Positions 56,682 through 64,000 of a stretch of 64,000 bases of DNA are shown here, one piece after another. Below the pieces are notes generated by a model. It was given only the letters and a program-made list of their open reading frames with translations, was not told the DNA's origin and made no database searches. Made by a program: the position numbers and the translations under genes. How positions within the stretch are numbered: the stretch's first letter is position 1; the number at the start of each line of letters is the position of its first letter. The stretch lies in IMG/VR virus record IMGVR_UViG_3300026521_000003, positions 225,881-289,880 of that record. One strand, written 5' to 3'.

Positions 56682-57685
56682 AATATAAAAATTTCTCTAA
56701 CTTCAGGAAGTAATTTTAAAACATCTTCATAATATTCCCAATCAGTTTCTTTGGTTAAGACCTCTTTAAATTTATCACTTTTTTCCATTAGTGCAATAAC
56801 TAGATCTTCCCACATACCTAAACCTCGATTATCAACTCTTTTGACTAAGCCTTTAGCTAGTTCTTCCCATTCGTTATCGATAAATGTTATATTATCTAAA
56901 AATATATCTTTTTTATCTGGGAAAAACGATGCCAATTCTCCTATTAAAGAGTCACCGGTTGTATCTTCAGAGAATCCTATATATCTAACTAATTTTTTTA
57001 TGATTTTATCATTATTTTCAGCTATAATCCAAACCGGCGGAATTGTTTGGTGTTCGGCTATGTTTGAAGGCCTTATAATTGCATACTTCATATAAAGATC
57101 CAATATTTCTTCATTAATAATTTTTTCATCTAAATTATCATATAATATCTTTTGTACAATTCTTCCTTTGAATCCTCCGTCTTCAAAAGTATTCCAAGGA
57201 TAATTGTCTGCTCCATATTTTTTTATAAGCCATTCCATTGCGGGTATATTTCTAAACTTTCCAAATTCTTCAAAAATTTTAATATGGTCAAAATTTTCTA
57301 ATTTCCCTTCTTTATCCAGTTGAGTTAATTTACCTACCGTAAATGGACTTGAAAAAGATATTTCATTTAAGTCTTCGTCAATTGCCCACTCTTTAAGTTC
57401 ATCACTAAAATGCTCAGGTTTCACTTTTTTTAATTTTGCTGCTGAAATGGCATATCTTCCTGTTGGAGTTGATGAAATAGATTGTCCAGAATTACGAATC
57501 GCATCTATAATCATTTCGCTAGTTTTATTAAATAATTCTTTTCGAGCAATAGATTTATAATTATTTCCTTGGTCAAAAAACGATATAGCACTTTGTTTGA
57601 TACCAATCCCATCTTCTCTTAATTTTTCCAACCATTTCATAATATTCTTTCTTGCACTTAATGAGAGATTTAATGATAAAGCCAT
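56678..57685 (-). CDS. DIFIF-tagged protein (minus strand)
   Basis: Ends LKLLPEVREIFIF*; late promoter AATAAATA at 57705-57712 and AAGGA SD. Confidence 0.88.
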   Translation of the reverse strand: MALSLNLSLSARKNIMKWLEKLREDGIGIKQSAISFFDQGNNYKSIARKELFNKTSEMIIDAIRNSGQSISSTPTGRYAISAAKLKKVKPEHFSDELKEWAIDEDLNEISFSSPFTVGKLTQLDKEGKLENFDHIKIFEEFGKFRNIPAMEWLIKKYGADNYPWNTFEDGGFKGRIVQKILYDNLDEKIINEEILDLYMKYAIIRPSNIAEHQTIPPVWIIAENNDKIIKKLVRYIGFSEDTTGDSLIGELASFFPDKKDIFLDNITFIDNEWEELAKGLVKRVDNRGLGMWEDLVIALMEKSDKFKEVLTKETDWEYYEDVLKLLPEVREIFIF

Positions 57686-57796
57686 AGATAGTCCTTTTTT
57701 CTTTTATTTATTAAAAAATAATCTTTTAAAATCAAATAAATAATATTGCTGGATATTTTTTAAAATTGAAAGCACTTTTATTTACAGGAGATTCTT

Positions 57797-57934
57797 ATGC
57801 TAGTTGATTTAAAAAAGAAATTCGTTATTGGTATTATTTTAGGGTTGTTTGGGGCGGCTTATATTTTATTTTGTGATCCTATGTTAGGTGAACAAATTAT
57901 TGATTTTGTAACTCAAATAGGAACTACTGTTTAA
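57797..57934 (+). CDS. Small single-TM protein (45 aa), not in ORF track
   Basis: AGGAG SD; MLVDLKKKFVIGIILGLFGAAYILFCDPMLGEQIIDFVTQIGTTV*. Confidence 0.7.
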   Translation: MLVDLKKKFVIGIILGLFGAAYILFCDPMLGEQIIDFVTQIGTTV

Positions 57935-57943
57935 AAAAGGAGG

Positions 57944-57966
57944 AGGGAGTTTAAACTCCCTTTATT
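57944..57966 (+). terminator. Intrinsic terminator-like hairpin
   Basis: AGGGAGTT-TA-AACTCCCT stem followed by TTATT. Confidence 0.55.
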
Positions 57967-57981
57967 TAAAAGGATTTAGAT

Positions 57982-58149
57982 ATGCCAACAGATTCACTCA
58001 AAAAATATGAAAAAAGAACCAAAGAGAAAAAAGAAGTTAAAGTGCCAAAGCCTAAAAAAGATATTATTGGGATTTTGATTAATTTCTTATTTGCTATAAT
58101 TATTATAAGCGGTTTAATCTTCACAATTACTTATTTTTGGAGCAAATGA
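57982..58149 (+). CDS. Small membrane protein (55 aa) with basic N-terminus, not in ORF track
   Basis: AAGGA SD; MPTDSLKKYEKRTKEKKEVKVPKPKKDIIGILINFLFAIIIISGLIFTITYFWSK*. Confidence 0.7.
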   Translation: MPTDSLKKYEKRTKEKKEVKVPKPKKDIIGILINFLFAIIIISGLIFTITYFWSK

Positions 58150-58235
58150 GATACCAAAGAGCATATGAAGCCACAGCCAAAGTAATACAAACAGCTGATG
58201 AAATATTACAAACTACTTTAGATTTAAAAAGATAG
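58146..58235 (+). CDS. Very small protein (29 aa)
   Basis: ATGA overlap; MRYQRAYEATAKVIQTADEILQTTLDLKR*. Confidence 0.45.
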   Translation: MRYQRAYEATAKVIQTADEILQTTLDLKR

Positions 58236-58246
58236 GAGGAAGAATT

Positions 58247-58366
58247 ATGAATGATTTAATAAAATGGCTATTAATAGGATTATTGAGCTTAGGGATTATT
58301 AGTGGTATGGTTTATAAAGCTACACATCCCACACCTTATAAACATCCACTTTATCAGAAAAAATAG
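58247..58366 (+). CDS. Small single-TM protein (39 aa), not in ORF track
   Basis: GGAGGA SD; MNDLIKWLLIGLLSLGIISGMVYKATHPTPYKHPLYQKK*. Confidence 0.7.
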   Translation: MNDLIKWLLIGLLSLGIISGMVYKATHPTPYKHPLYQKK

Positions 58367-58671
58367 TTACCAAGTAAGAGGATTGATTTGTAATTGATTA
58401 AATTCTTGTTGGTATTTTTTTTCAAAATATTCTCGACCTAGCACCGTATCTATAATATTCTTTGCTGTACTTTTAATCTTAGATAATGGGTTCATTAAAA
58501 AAGCTTTTTGATAATCGACAGTTGCATTAGGATGACGAGGTTTAAAAGTTTTTTCTAAGTATTTTTTAAATTTTTGATCACGAATTAAAACCTTAAAAAC
58601 ACTTCCATATCAGTCATAGTAATACGTCCTCTAGCCTCAAGAATAGGTTTATTTAACTCTTTCAATGTCAT
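58367..58671 (-). pseudogene. Frameshifted gene with leader MTLKELNKPILE (about 101 aa if -1 shifted)
   Basis: AAGGAG SD and TATAAATA (58691-58698); frame 0 stops at 58585; the -1 frame stays open to TAA 58367 with no nearby start. Confidence 0.55.
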
Positions 58672-58749
58672 ATTTAACTCCTTATTTTCTTATTTATATT
58701 TATGATTAAATTTTGTATAATGTATAATATAATAAAAAAGGAAAAAAAT

Positions 58750-59076
58750 ATGAGTTTAAGAATTTTACCAATAGCGGCATTAGGTGCTGTAGCATTAGGT
58801 GCATTGACTATCGTTACAAGTCTATTAGAAGAAGATACAACACCTAAAAAAGTTGACAGTCCTGATTATCTTAAAAATAAGATGAAAAGAATTAATGATG
58901 AATTAGCCAGATTATCAGATATTAAAATGTTGAATGACAAAAGAGAATCAACAAAGCAAGTTTCTAAGGTTGATTTAATGATTGATGGGGTTGAAATAAA
59001 TGAATTAATTCAAATGTTGGAAGAAGAATTATCTAAAGTTGTTAAAGAATATAATAGTATGTATAAAAAAGTTTAA
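58750..59076 (+). CDS. Membrane-anchored coiled-coil protein
   Basis: Start moved to ATG 58750 (AAGGA SD, TGTATAAT at 58714); N-terminal hydrophobic ILPIAALGAVALGALTIV. Confidence 0.75.
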   Translation: MSLRILPIAALGAVALGALTIVTSLLEEDTTPKKVDSPDYLKNKMKRINDELARLSDIKMLNDKRESTKQVSKVDLMIDGVEINELIQMLEEELSKVVKEYNSMYKKV

Positions 59077-59086
59077 AAGTGTACAA

Positions 59087-59299
59087 ATGGATGATACCCA
59101 ATTCAATAAACTTATGAGTATATTTGAAAATGAATACCCTGATATTTATTTAAAATTGATTAATTATCCTCGTTCTGTACTTGAAGGAACGTTTATAGAT
59201 TTATTAACTAGTAAAATTAATATATCTGATAATGAGCAGGTCCAGAATTTTTTTAAATTTCGTAGTGCATTAACACCGTACTTAGATAATTTTGTATAA
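59087..59299 (+). CDS. Hypothetical protein
   Basis: Track ORF 59039..59299; ATG 59087 avoids overlap. Confidence 0.65.
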   Translation: MDDTQFNKLMSIFENEYPDIYLKLINYPRSVLEGTFIDLLTSKINISDNEQVQNFFKFRSALTPYLDNFV

Positions 59300-59321
59300 A
59301 AAATAAAAATAAAGTGAAACA

Positions 59322-60200
59322 ATGGAATTTATTTCTTTAAGTCATGTGCATAATAATGTATTAAAACAATATGGGAAGCATAAGCATTTAAAATCAAAAA
59401 TAAACGATTATTTTAATAGTTTTGTAGATCAACACCAAGATTTAAAATATTTGTGGTATGATGGTAAAGCTTATGTACCATCACAGTTTGGTTTTCAACT
59501 TAAAAAAGAGATTGAGAAGAAAATTAATAAATCTATAAGACCAATTCATGCCAAAATTTTTAATAAAACTGATGAATTATTATTAAAAGATAATATTTAT
59601 ATTAAGCAAAAATTAGCTGAAAAAAAGCAACAAGTTAAAGATTTAGCTAGTGCTAAAAGAGAATCAAATATTTTAAAGTTAAAAGATTGTGTGAGAAAGA
59701 TAAAATCTGGAGAAATACAATTTATCGGTTCGTTTGATTTAGAATTTTGGGAACGAGATATGAATCGTATTTTAGAATTCGGTTGGTCTATAATGGATTA
59801 TAATGGCAGTACCACAACTACTCATATTGTAGTCCAAGATAATCTCAATTATGAAAATGGAATTTTTTCTAAAAATAATAGGTATGCAAGAAAAGATTCA
59901 AAAACAAAACCACTTAAACTAGCTATAAAAGAATTTAAAGAAAAATTTATTAATAAAGTTGATCTATTTATTGGACATGGTTTAACAAATGACTTTAAGG
60001 TCTTAAAAGCTAACGGAGTAAATTTAGATATTGAATATTTAGATACTGCAGAAATCGGTGCAGCATTAATGGGTGAAGATGATAATGTTAGTATTGAAAG
60101 ACTATTAAAATTTTTAAATATAGAGAGTTCTAACTTACATAATGCAGCAAATGATGCAGAATACGTCCTAGAAGCATTTAAAGTTATGGGGGAGATATAA
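59322..60200 (+). CDS. DEDDh-family 3'-5' exonuclease
   Basis: FDLEFWE (ExoI), FIGHGLTNDFKVL (ExoII), LDTA, LHNAANDA (ExoIII). Confidence 0.85.
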   Translation: MEFISLSHVHNNVLKQYGKHKHLKSKINDYFNSFVDQHQDLKYLWYDGKAYVPSQFGFQLKKEIEKKINKSIRPIHAKIFNKTDELLLKDNIYIKQKLAEKKQQVKDLASAKRESNILKLKDCVRKIKSGEIQFIGSFDLEFWERDMNRILEFGWSIMDYNGSTTTTHIVVQDNLNYENGIFSKNNRYARKDSKTKPLKLAIKEFKEKFINKVDLFIGHGLTNDFKVLKANGVNLDIEYLDTAEIGAALMGEDDNVSIERLLKFLNIESSNLHNAANDAEYVLEAFKVMGEI

Positions 60201-60670
60201 TGGAAATTACAACTTTAGAACAATTGCAAGTTATTGCTAATGACACACCTTTATTTGTTATACCTCAAATTTCATTTCGTGCAACACCTAATAATTATTG
60301 GACATCAATATCTGCAACATTTAAACGTTATCATCCTGTACAAAGAATAGTAAAAATAGAGCCTGAAGATATTTATGATATAAGTTATGTTAATGAACCA
60401 GGTGAAATTGAAAGAGCATATCACCTAGATCCTGAAGCATTAGCAGAGTATTTTATAGAAAATCGATATGGTGATGATCATGCTATCGGTGACCCTATTT
60501 TAGTATTTACTGAAGAACAAGAAGCATTTAAACGTTTTTATATAGATTTTAAAAAATCCTTAGAAAGTGAAAATAGATTGCATAAAACCTTAGAAAGAAT
60601 GAATGAAGATTTAGAAAATTCTTCATTTTTAAAAGAAGATATGAATAAATACCCTGAGAGATGGGTTTAA
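60200..60670 (+). CDS. Hypothetical protein with C-terminal PExxx tag
   Basis: Ends KYPERWV*. Confidence 0.8.
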   Translation: MEITTLEQLQVIANDTPLFVIPQISFRATPNNYWTSISATFKRYHPVQRIVKIEPEDIYDISYVNEPGEIERAYHLDPEALAEYFIENRYGDDHAIGDPILVFTEEQEAFKRFYIDFKKSLESENRLHKTLERMNEDLENSSFLKEDMNKYPERWV

Positions 60671-60680
60671 AGGAGATTAA

Positions 60681-61361
60681 ATGGATATTAGAGATTATGC
60701 TCAATATTCAATTTCAGATTTCAGGGTAAAATACATACCTGAAAAATTAGAAATTAATTATGAATTAGTAGATGATAAAACAATAAAGCTTAAGGTACCA
60801 AAAGATGCTTTTAATGATGTTGTTATGAATTTGGAGAAAGATAGTTTGGATTTTGAAGTTATACCTTCAGAACGAAAATTAGATATGAAATATCCTAGAC
60901 ATAACGGTAAAAAACAATTAAAAACACAACCATTTAAAATGGTAATTTATTTTGTAGAAAATGCTGCATTGAAAACGGTAGAAAATTTAAAAAATAATGA
61001 AGATATTCATATTAAAAATTGGGGTGAATTTTTTGAAATTATTGATCCAGAATATAGAAATTTATTTAAAAAAATCATAGATAATATTATTATTGCTTTG
61101 CATAAAGATGAATATAATAAAGTAATTTCAAAAAAAACTTATTGGTTAGATCCGAACGACGGGTTATATGAAAAGAAAGAAAAATTTGTAAATGGTGAGT
61201 GGAGAATAAGTTATCAACCAGTTACTAGTAATTTATATCAGGTTTTTAGAATGTTTTTTAAATTTTTTGATCAAGTACCTTTAGAGGAACTAGCAGACTT
61301 TAACAAGTTTAAGGAAATCATCGCCAATACAAAATACAAAATACATTTATATAATAAATAA
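60681..61361 (+). CDS. Hypothetical protein
   Basis: 226 aa; AAGGAG SD. Confidence 0.8.
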   Translation: MDIRDYAQYSISDFRVKYIPEKLEINYELVDDKTIKLKVPKDAFNDVVMNLEKDSLDFEVIPSERKLDMKYPRHNGKKQLKTQPFKMVIYFVENAALKTVENLKNNEDIHIKNWGEFFEIIDPEYRNLFKKIIDNIIIALHKDEYNKVISKKTYWLDPNDGLYEKKEKFVNGEWRISYQPVTSNLYQVFRMFFKFFDQVPLEELADFNKFKEIIANTKYKIHLYNK

Positions 61362-61385
61362 TAGAAAAACAAAGGGTATGAGTTA

Positions 61386-62921
61386 ATGGCATATAATGAA
61401 AAAGATTACAAATACTATGCAAGTAATCCTAAAAAAATTTCTGCTGATTTAGATGAAGAATTATTACTTGCATTAGTTGATATTAATTCTTCATGGCTTG
61501 GGTATATGAAGCCATATGATTTAGATTTTGTTAAAAAAGTTATCGAGGTGGATCCAACAACGTTTGAATTTGTTGATAGAAATATACTAACTATATCATT
61601 TTTAGAAGAAATTATTAGCCAATACCCTTTTTTAATTCAGTATGTTTATGAACCAAATGAAGCATTAATAAAACTAGCTTTATCAACAGATCTAAATACA
61701 ATTCAATATTTTACAAAGTTATCAGACGACTTAAAAATTTGGGTTCTAAATCAAAATGGTATGTTATTAAAGTACATACCACCATCAGAACAAACAGAAA
61801 CAATAGTAGAGGTTGCTATTAAACAAAATATTGAAGCATATGAAAATGCAGCTATTAAAAATTTATATTTGGATAAAATTGTTTTGAATATAGATGCAAG
61901 AAGAGTTGATTTGATTTCTGATTATCATCCAGAGTTAATAGAATATATTGTAGAATATGAACCAAAAATGATAAGTAAATTTATAGATGATCCAGTTCTT
62001 ACTGATGAAATATTATATAGGACAATAGAAAAAAATCCTCAAGTTTTTAGATTTATAAAAAATCCTAGTTATGAATTAATAGAATTTGCTACAAAATTAG
62101 ATATAACTTTATTAGATTATTTACCGTATGATAAAAAGTTGATAGAGTCATTAATACCTACAAATGGACTCGCTTTAGAGTATTTAAGAAAAAAGGACTT
62201 GAGGAATATAAAAATTGCTGTAGAACAAAATATTTTAGCTTTAAAATTTATACCTTATCCTAGAGCATTTTTAATAGACTACGCCTTTAAGGTTGATGGT
62301 ATTGCACTTCAATTTATAGAGAATCCAACAGATGAACAATATTTAGATGCTGTTCAAAGAAATGGGTATGCTATTGAATTTGTTCCTTCTGATAAACAAA
62401 CAAAAACAATACAAACCTCAGCATTATCTTCAATAGGTACTAAAGCCATACCATTTATAACAGAGCCATATGATAATGATATTATTTTGGAGATAATTAC
62501 TCAGGAGCCAGGATATATATTTAAGATTGATGAACCAACAGACGAACAATTTATAACATCATTTACATTATCCGGTCAATTAATGTTATTTTATGACGGA
62601 TGGGAAGAAAAATTTAGTACCGAAGTTAAAGTAGCAGCACTAACTTCAGATGGTTCAATTTTAGAGTATTTTAAAACACTCACAAAAACTTATATTATGG
62701 CTGCTTTGGAATCATTTGCTCCAGCATTACAATGGGTAGAAAGACAAGATATTGAAATGGCTAAAGCGGCAATTGAAACTGATATTAGAGCTATATTCTT
62801 TGTTGATCCAACAATTATGGATGAGGAATTGTTAAATTTAGCATATGAGTTAGACCCAGATTTTTTCACTAGAACGGAAGGTGAATTAACATTTGAACAA
62901 TGGACAGAATTAATAAAGTAA
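61386..62921 (+). CDS. DUF4116-like tandem-repeat protein
   Basis: About 24-aa repeats such as VLNQNGMLLKYIP, AVQRNGYAIEFVP, AVEQNILALKFIP; AATAAATA at 61353. Confidence 0.75.
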   Translation: MAYNEKDYKYYASNPKKISADLDEELLLALVDINSSWLGYMKPYDLDFVKKVIEVDPTTFEFVDRNILTISFLEEIISQYPFLIQYVYEPNEALIKLALSTDLNTIQYFTKLSDDLKIWVLNQNGMLLKYIPPSEQTETIVEVAIKQNIEAYENAAIKNLYLDKIVLNIDARRVDLISDYHPELIEYIVEYEPKMISKFIDDPVLTDEILYRTIEKNPQVFRFIKNPSYELIEFATKLDITLLDYLPYDKKLIESLIPTNGLALEYLRKKDLRNIKIAVEQNILALKFIPYPRAFLIDYAFKVDGIALQFIENPTDEQYLDAVQRNGYAIEFVPSDKQTKTIQTSALSSIGTKAIPFITEPYDNDIILEIITQEPGYIFKIDEPTDEQFITSFTLSGQLMLFYDGWEEKFSTEVKVAALTSDGSILEYFKTLTKTYIMAALESFAPALQWVERQDIEMAKAAIETDIRAIFFVDPTIMDEELLNLAYELDPDFFTRTEGELTFEQWTELIK

Positions 62922-62932
62922 AGAGGTAAATA

Positions 62933-63463
62933 ATGAATTTAAGAAAATTACAAGATAAATTAGTAACTAATAATAGCGGGTTTTTAAGCAAGTATCAGAA
63001 TACAAACTTAAATGAGTGTAAAACAGTAGATGAAGCTATCAATAATGTTAAAAATATTTTAAAAGAAGCTGATGAATATGCTAAAATAAATAAGCTAGAG
63101 TATAAATATTTACAAATGGCAAAAAACCTATTATGGGAAGATATTAAGGTTAAGCCTGAACCATTTATTTATCAAGGTTTTGATGCTCAGGTAGAAGTAG
63201 ATTTATCTGAAAATATAGATGATATTAAATTATTTGTAACAGTTCAGAATAATAATGTTTCTGCTTTAAAAGAAGGGCAACGTATAGAAATTACTGATGA
63301 ATTTGTAAATGGAATGAATGATCTTCAAAAGAGTATTTTTGAAGAAGCATATCAATTAGTTCAACAAAGAACACTAAAAACAATAAATTCTGTTTGGAAG
63401 TATGAACAAGCTAGAATTGATAAATGGGTTAAAACCTGTGGTATTAAATTAAAAGGAAATTAG
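62933..63463 (+). CDS. Hypothetical protein, possible structural
   Basis: 176 aa; GAGG SD; in operon with flanking genes. Confidence 0.8.
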   Translation: MNLRKLQDKLVTNNSGFLSKYQNTNLNECKTVDEAINNVKNILKEADEYAKINKLEYKYLQMAKNLLWEDIKVKPEPFIYQGFDAQVEVDLSENIDDIKLFVTVQNNNVSALKEGQRIEITDEFVNGMNDLQKSIFEEAYQLVQQRTLKTINSVWKYEQARIDKWVKTCGIKLKGN

Positions 63464-63466
63464 ATT

Positions 63467-64000
63467 ATGGCTAAATTAAGAAACATTTTTAGTAAACTTA
63501 ATACGTTTGAAGATAATAAAGCAGAATATTTTGCTGAACAACTAATTAGAAGTACTTCCTTAATGGAAAGTAGTTTTCCAATAGAAATTGTCGAGGATAA
63601 ATTATTTGAAACTGCAATGAGTTATGAAACTAAAAAAGAAGCTTTGCTATTTTTATCAATGGTTGATGAAAAGTTAGAAGAAGGGTTTGTTGATAGTATT
63701 AAAAAAGCAGGAAAAGCTGCATGGGATGGTGCTAAAAAGGTTGTTAAAAAAGTAGTAGATAAAGTTAAAGATTTATGGAATGGTCCCGTTGTTTCGTCTA
63801 TTAAAAAATGGAATATAGCCGTTAATAAAATTGCTGACAAATATGAAGGGTTAGAAGAATCAACAATACCTATGCTAACACAAGAATATTTAATTGAGGC
63901 TGAAGAACCAAAAGAAGAACCAAAAGAAGAACCAAAAGAAGAACCAAAAGAAGAACCAAAAGAAGAACCAAAAGAAGAACCAAAAGAAGAACCAAAAGAA
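63467..64000 (+). CDS. 5' part of a gene running off the right edge (not in ORF track)
   Basis: MAKLRNIFSKLNTFEDNKAEY...LEEGFVDSIKKAGK...LIEA then EEPK repeats; frame open to 64000. Confidence 0.8.
   Translation, partial: MAKLRNIFSKLNTFEDNKAEYFAEQLIRSTSLMESSFPIEIVEDKLFETAMSYETKKEALLFLSMVDEKLEEGFVDSIKKAGKAAWDGAKKVVKKVVDKVKDLWNGPVVSSIKKWNIAVNKIADKYEGLEESTIPMLTQEYLIEAEEPKEEPKEEPKEEPKEEPKEEPKEEPKEEPKE
63902..64000 (+). repeat. Perfect 12-bp tandem repeat (GAAGAACCAAAA; EEPK), at least 8 copies
   Basis: Read directly; continues beyond the window. Confidence 0.95.

Noticed and set aside
14002-57685. DIFIF tail as a BAM beta-signal of outer-membrane proteins
   Set aside because: The terminal Phe is similar, but the proteins have no signal peptides and look soluble and alpha-helical, not beta-barrel; mimicry of such a signal remains untested
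57797-58366. Holin-spanin lysis cassette
   Set aside because: No endolysin, no lipoprotein lipobox and no nested o-spanin arrangement; kept only as generic small membrane proteins
3831-63840. Shadow ORFs in the track: 3831-, 7792-, 10353+, 11013-, 11235-, 12053-, 23231-, 26376-, 27679-, 34497-, 35519-, 38706-, 39228-, 40338+, 43931-, 50404-, 52778+, 53740+, 56024-, 56751+, 63622-
   Set aside because: All lie wholly or largely within longer, better-supported genes, lack SDs, and show the Phe/Leu/Ile/Ser-rich composition expected from antisense or off-frame reading of AT-rich coding DNA
1-64000. Stop-codon reassignment (seen in some large phages)
   Set aside because: TAA, TAG and TGA all terminate genes right after conserved tags, and coding density is high under the standard code
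1-64000. tRNA, rRNA or tmRNA genes
   Set aside because: Intergenic gaps are short and AT-rich; no cloverleaf or T-loop (GTTCRA) context was recognised

Overview
A 64-kb, very AT-rich, densely coding segment of a large T4-related (jumbo-type) bacteriophage genome. The basis is a T4 gp17-like terminase ATPase, T4-type late promoter motifs (NATAAATA), RNase HII, a DEDDh exonuclease, a primase-like gene and about 100 mostly hypothetical ORFs in the standard genetic code. The host is probably Gram-negative, possibly Campylobacterota; this is inferred from TGTATAAT promoters, AAGGA Shine-Dalgarno sites and host-like PsiE/TRIC/TnpB genes. Three things dominate. (1) 42 otherwise dissimilar ORFs, 38 of them packed into 14.0-47.9 kb and including at least 8 ankyrin-like and several HEAT/LRV-like helical-repeat proteins, all end in one C-terminal peptide, approximately YExTGDxx(F/Y)LPx(E/D)(V/I)K(D/E)IF(I/V)F-stop. 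(2) A second set of 15 small ORFs ends in a different tag, (Y/H)PExxx-stop with Pro fixed at -5. A third group carries an N-terminal MK(L/I)xxLxE leader resembling the T4 capsid-targeting sequence. Together these look like a multi-address protein tagging or docking system. (3) The large terminase gene is fractured into at least three pieces by two atypically split inteins. A Vsr/Hef-like homing endonuclease and an unrelated gene sit between pieces 1 and 2, and piece 3 lies outside the window. There is also a solo tnpB (IS200/IS605-family) element inserted at a late promoter, and a Type IIG restriction-enzyme-like protein with no recognisable methyltransferase motifs. No tRNA, rRNA or CRISPR array was seen. 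All family assignments come from motif recognition by eye; no database search was run.
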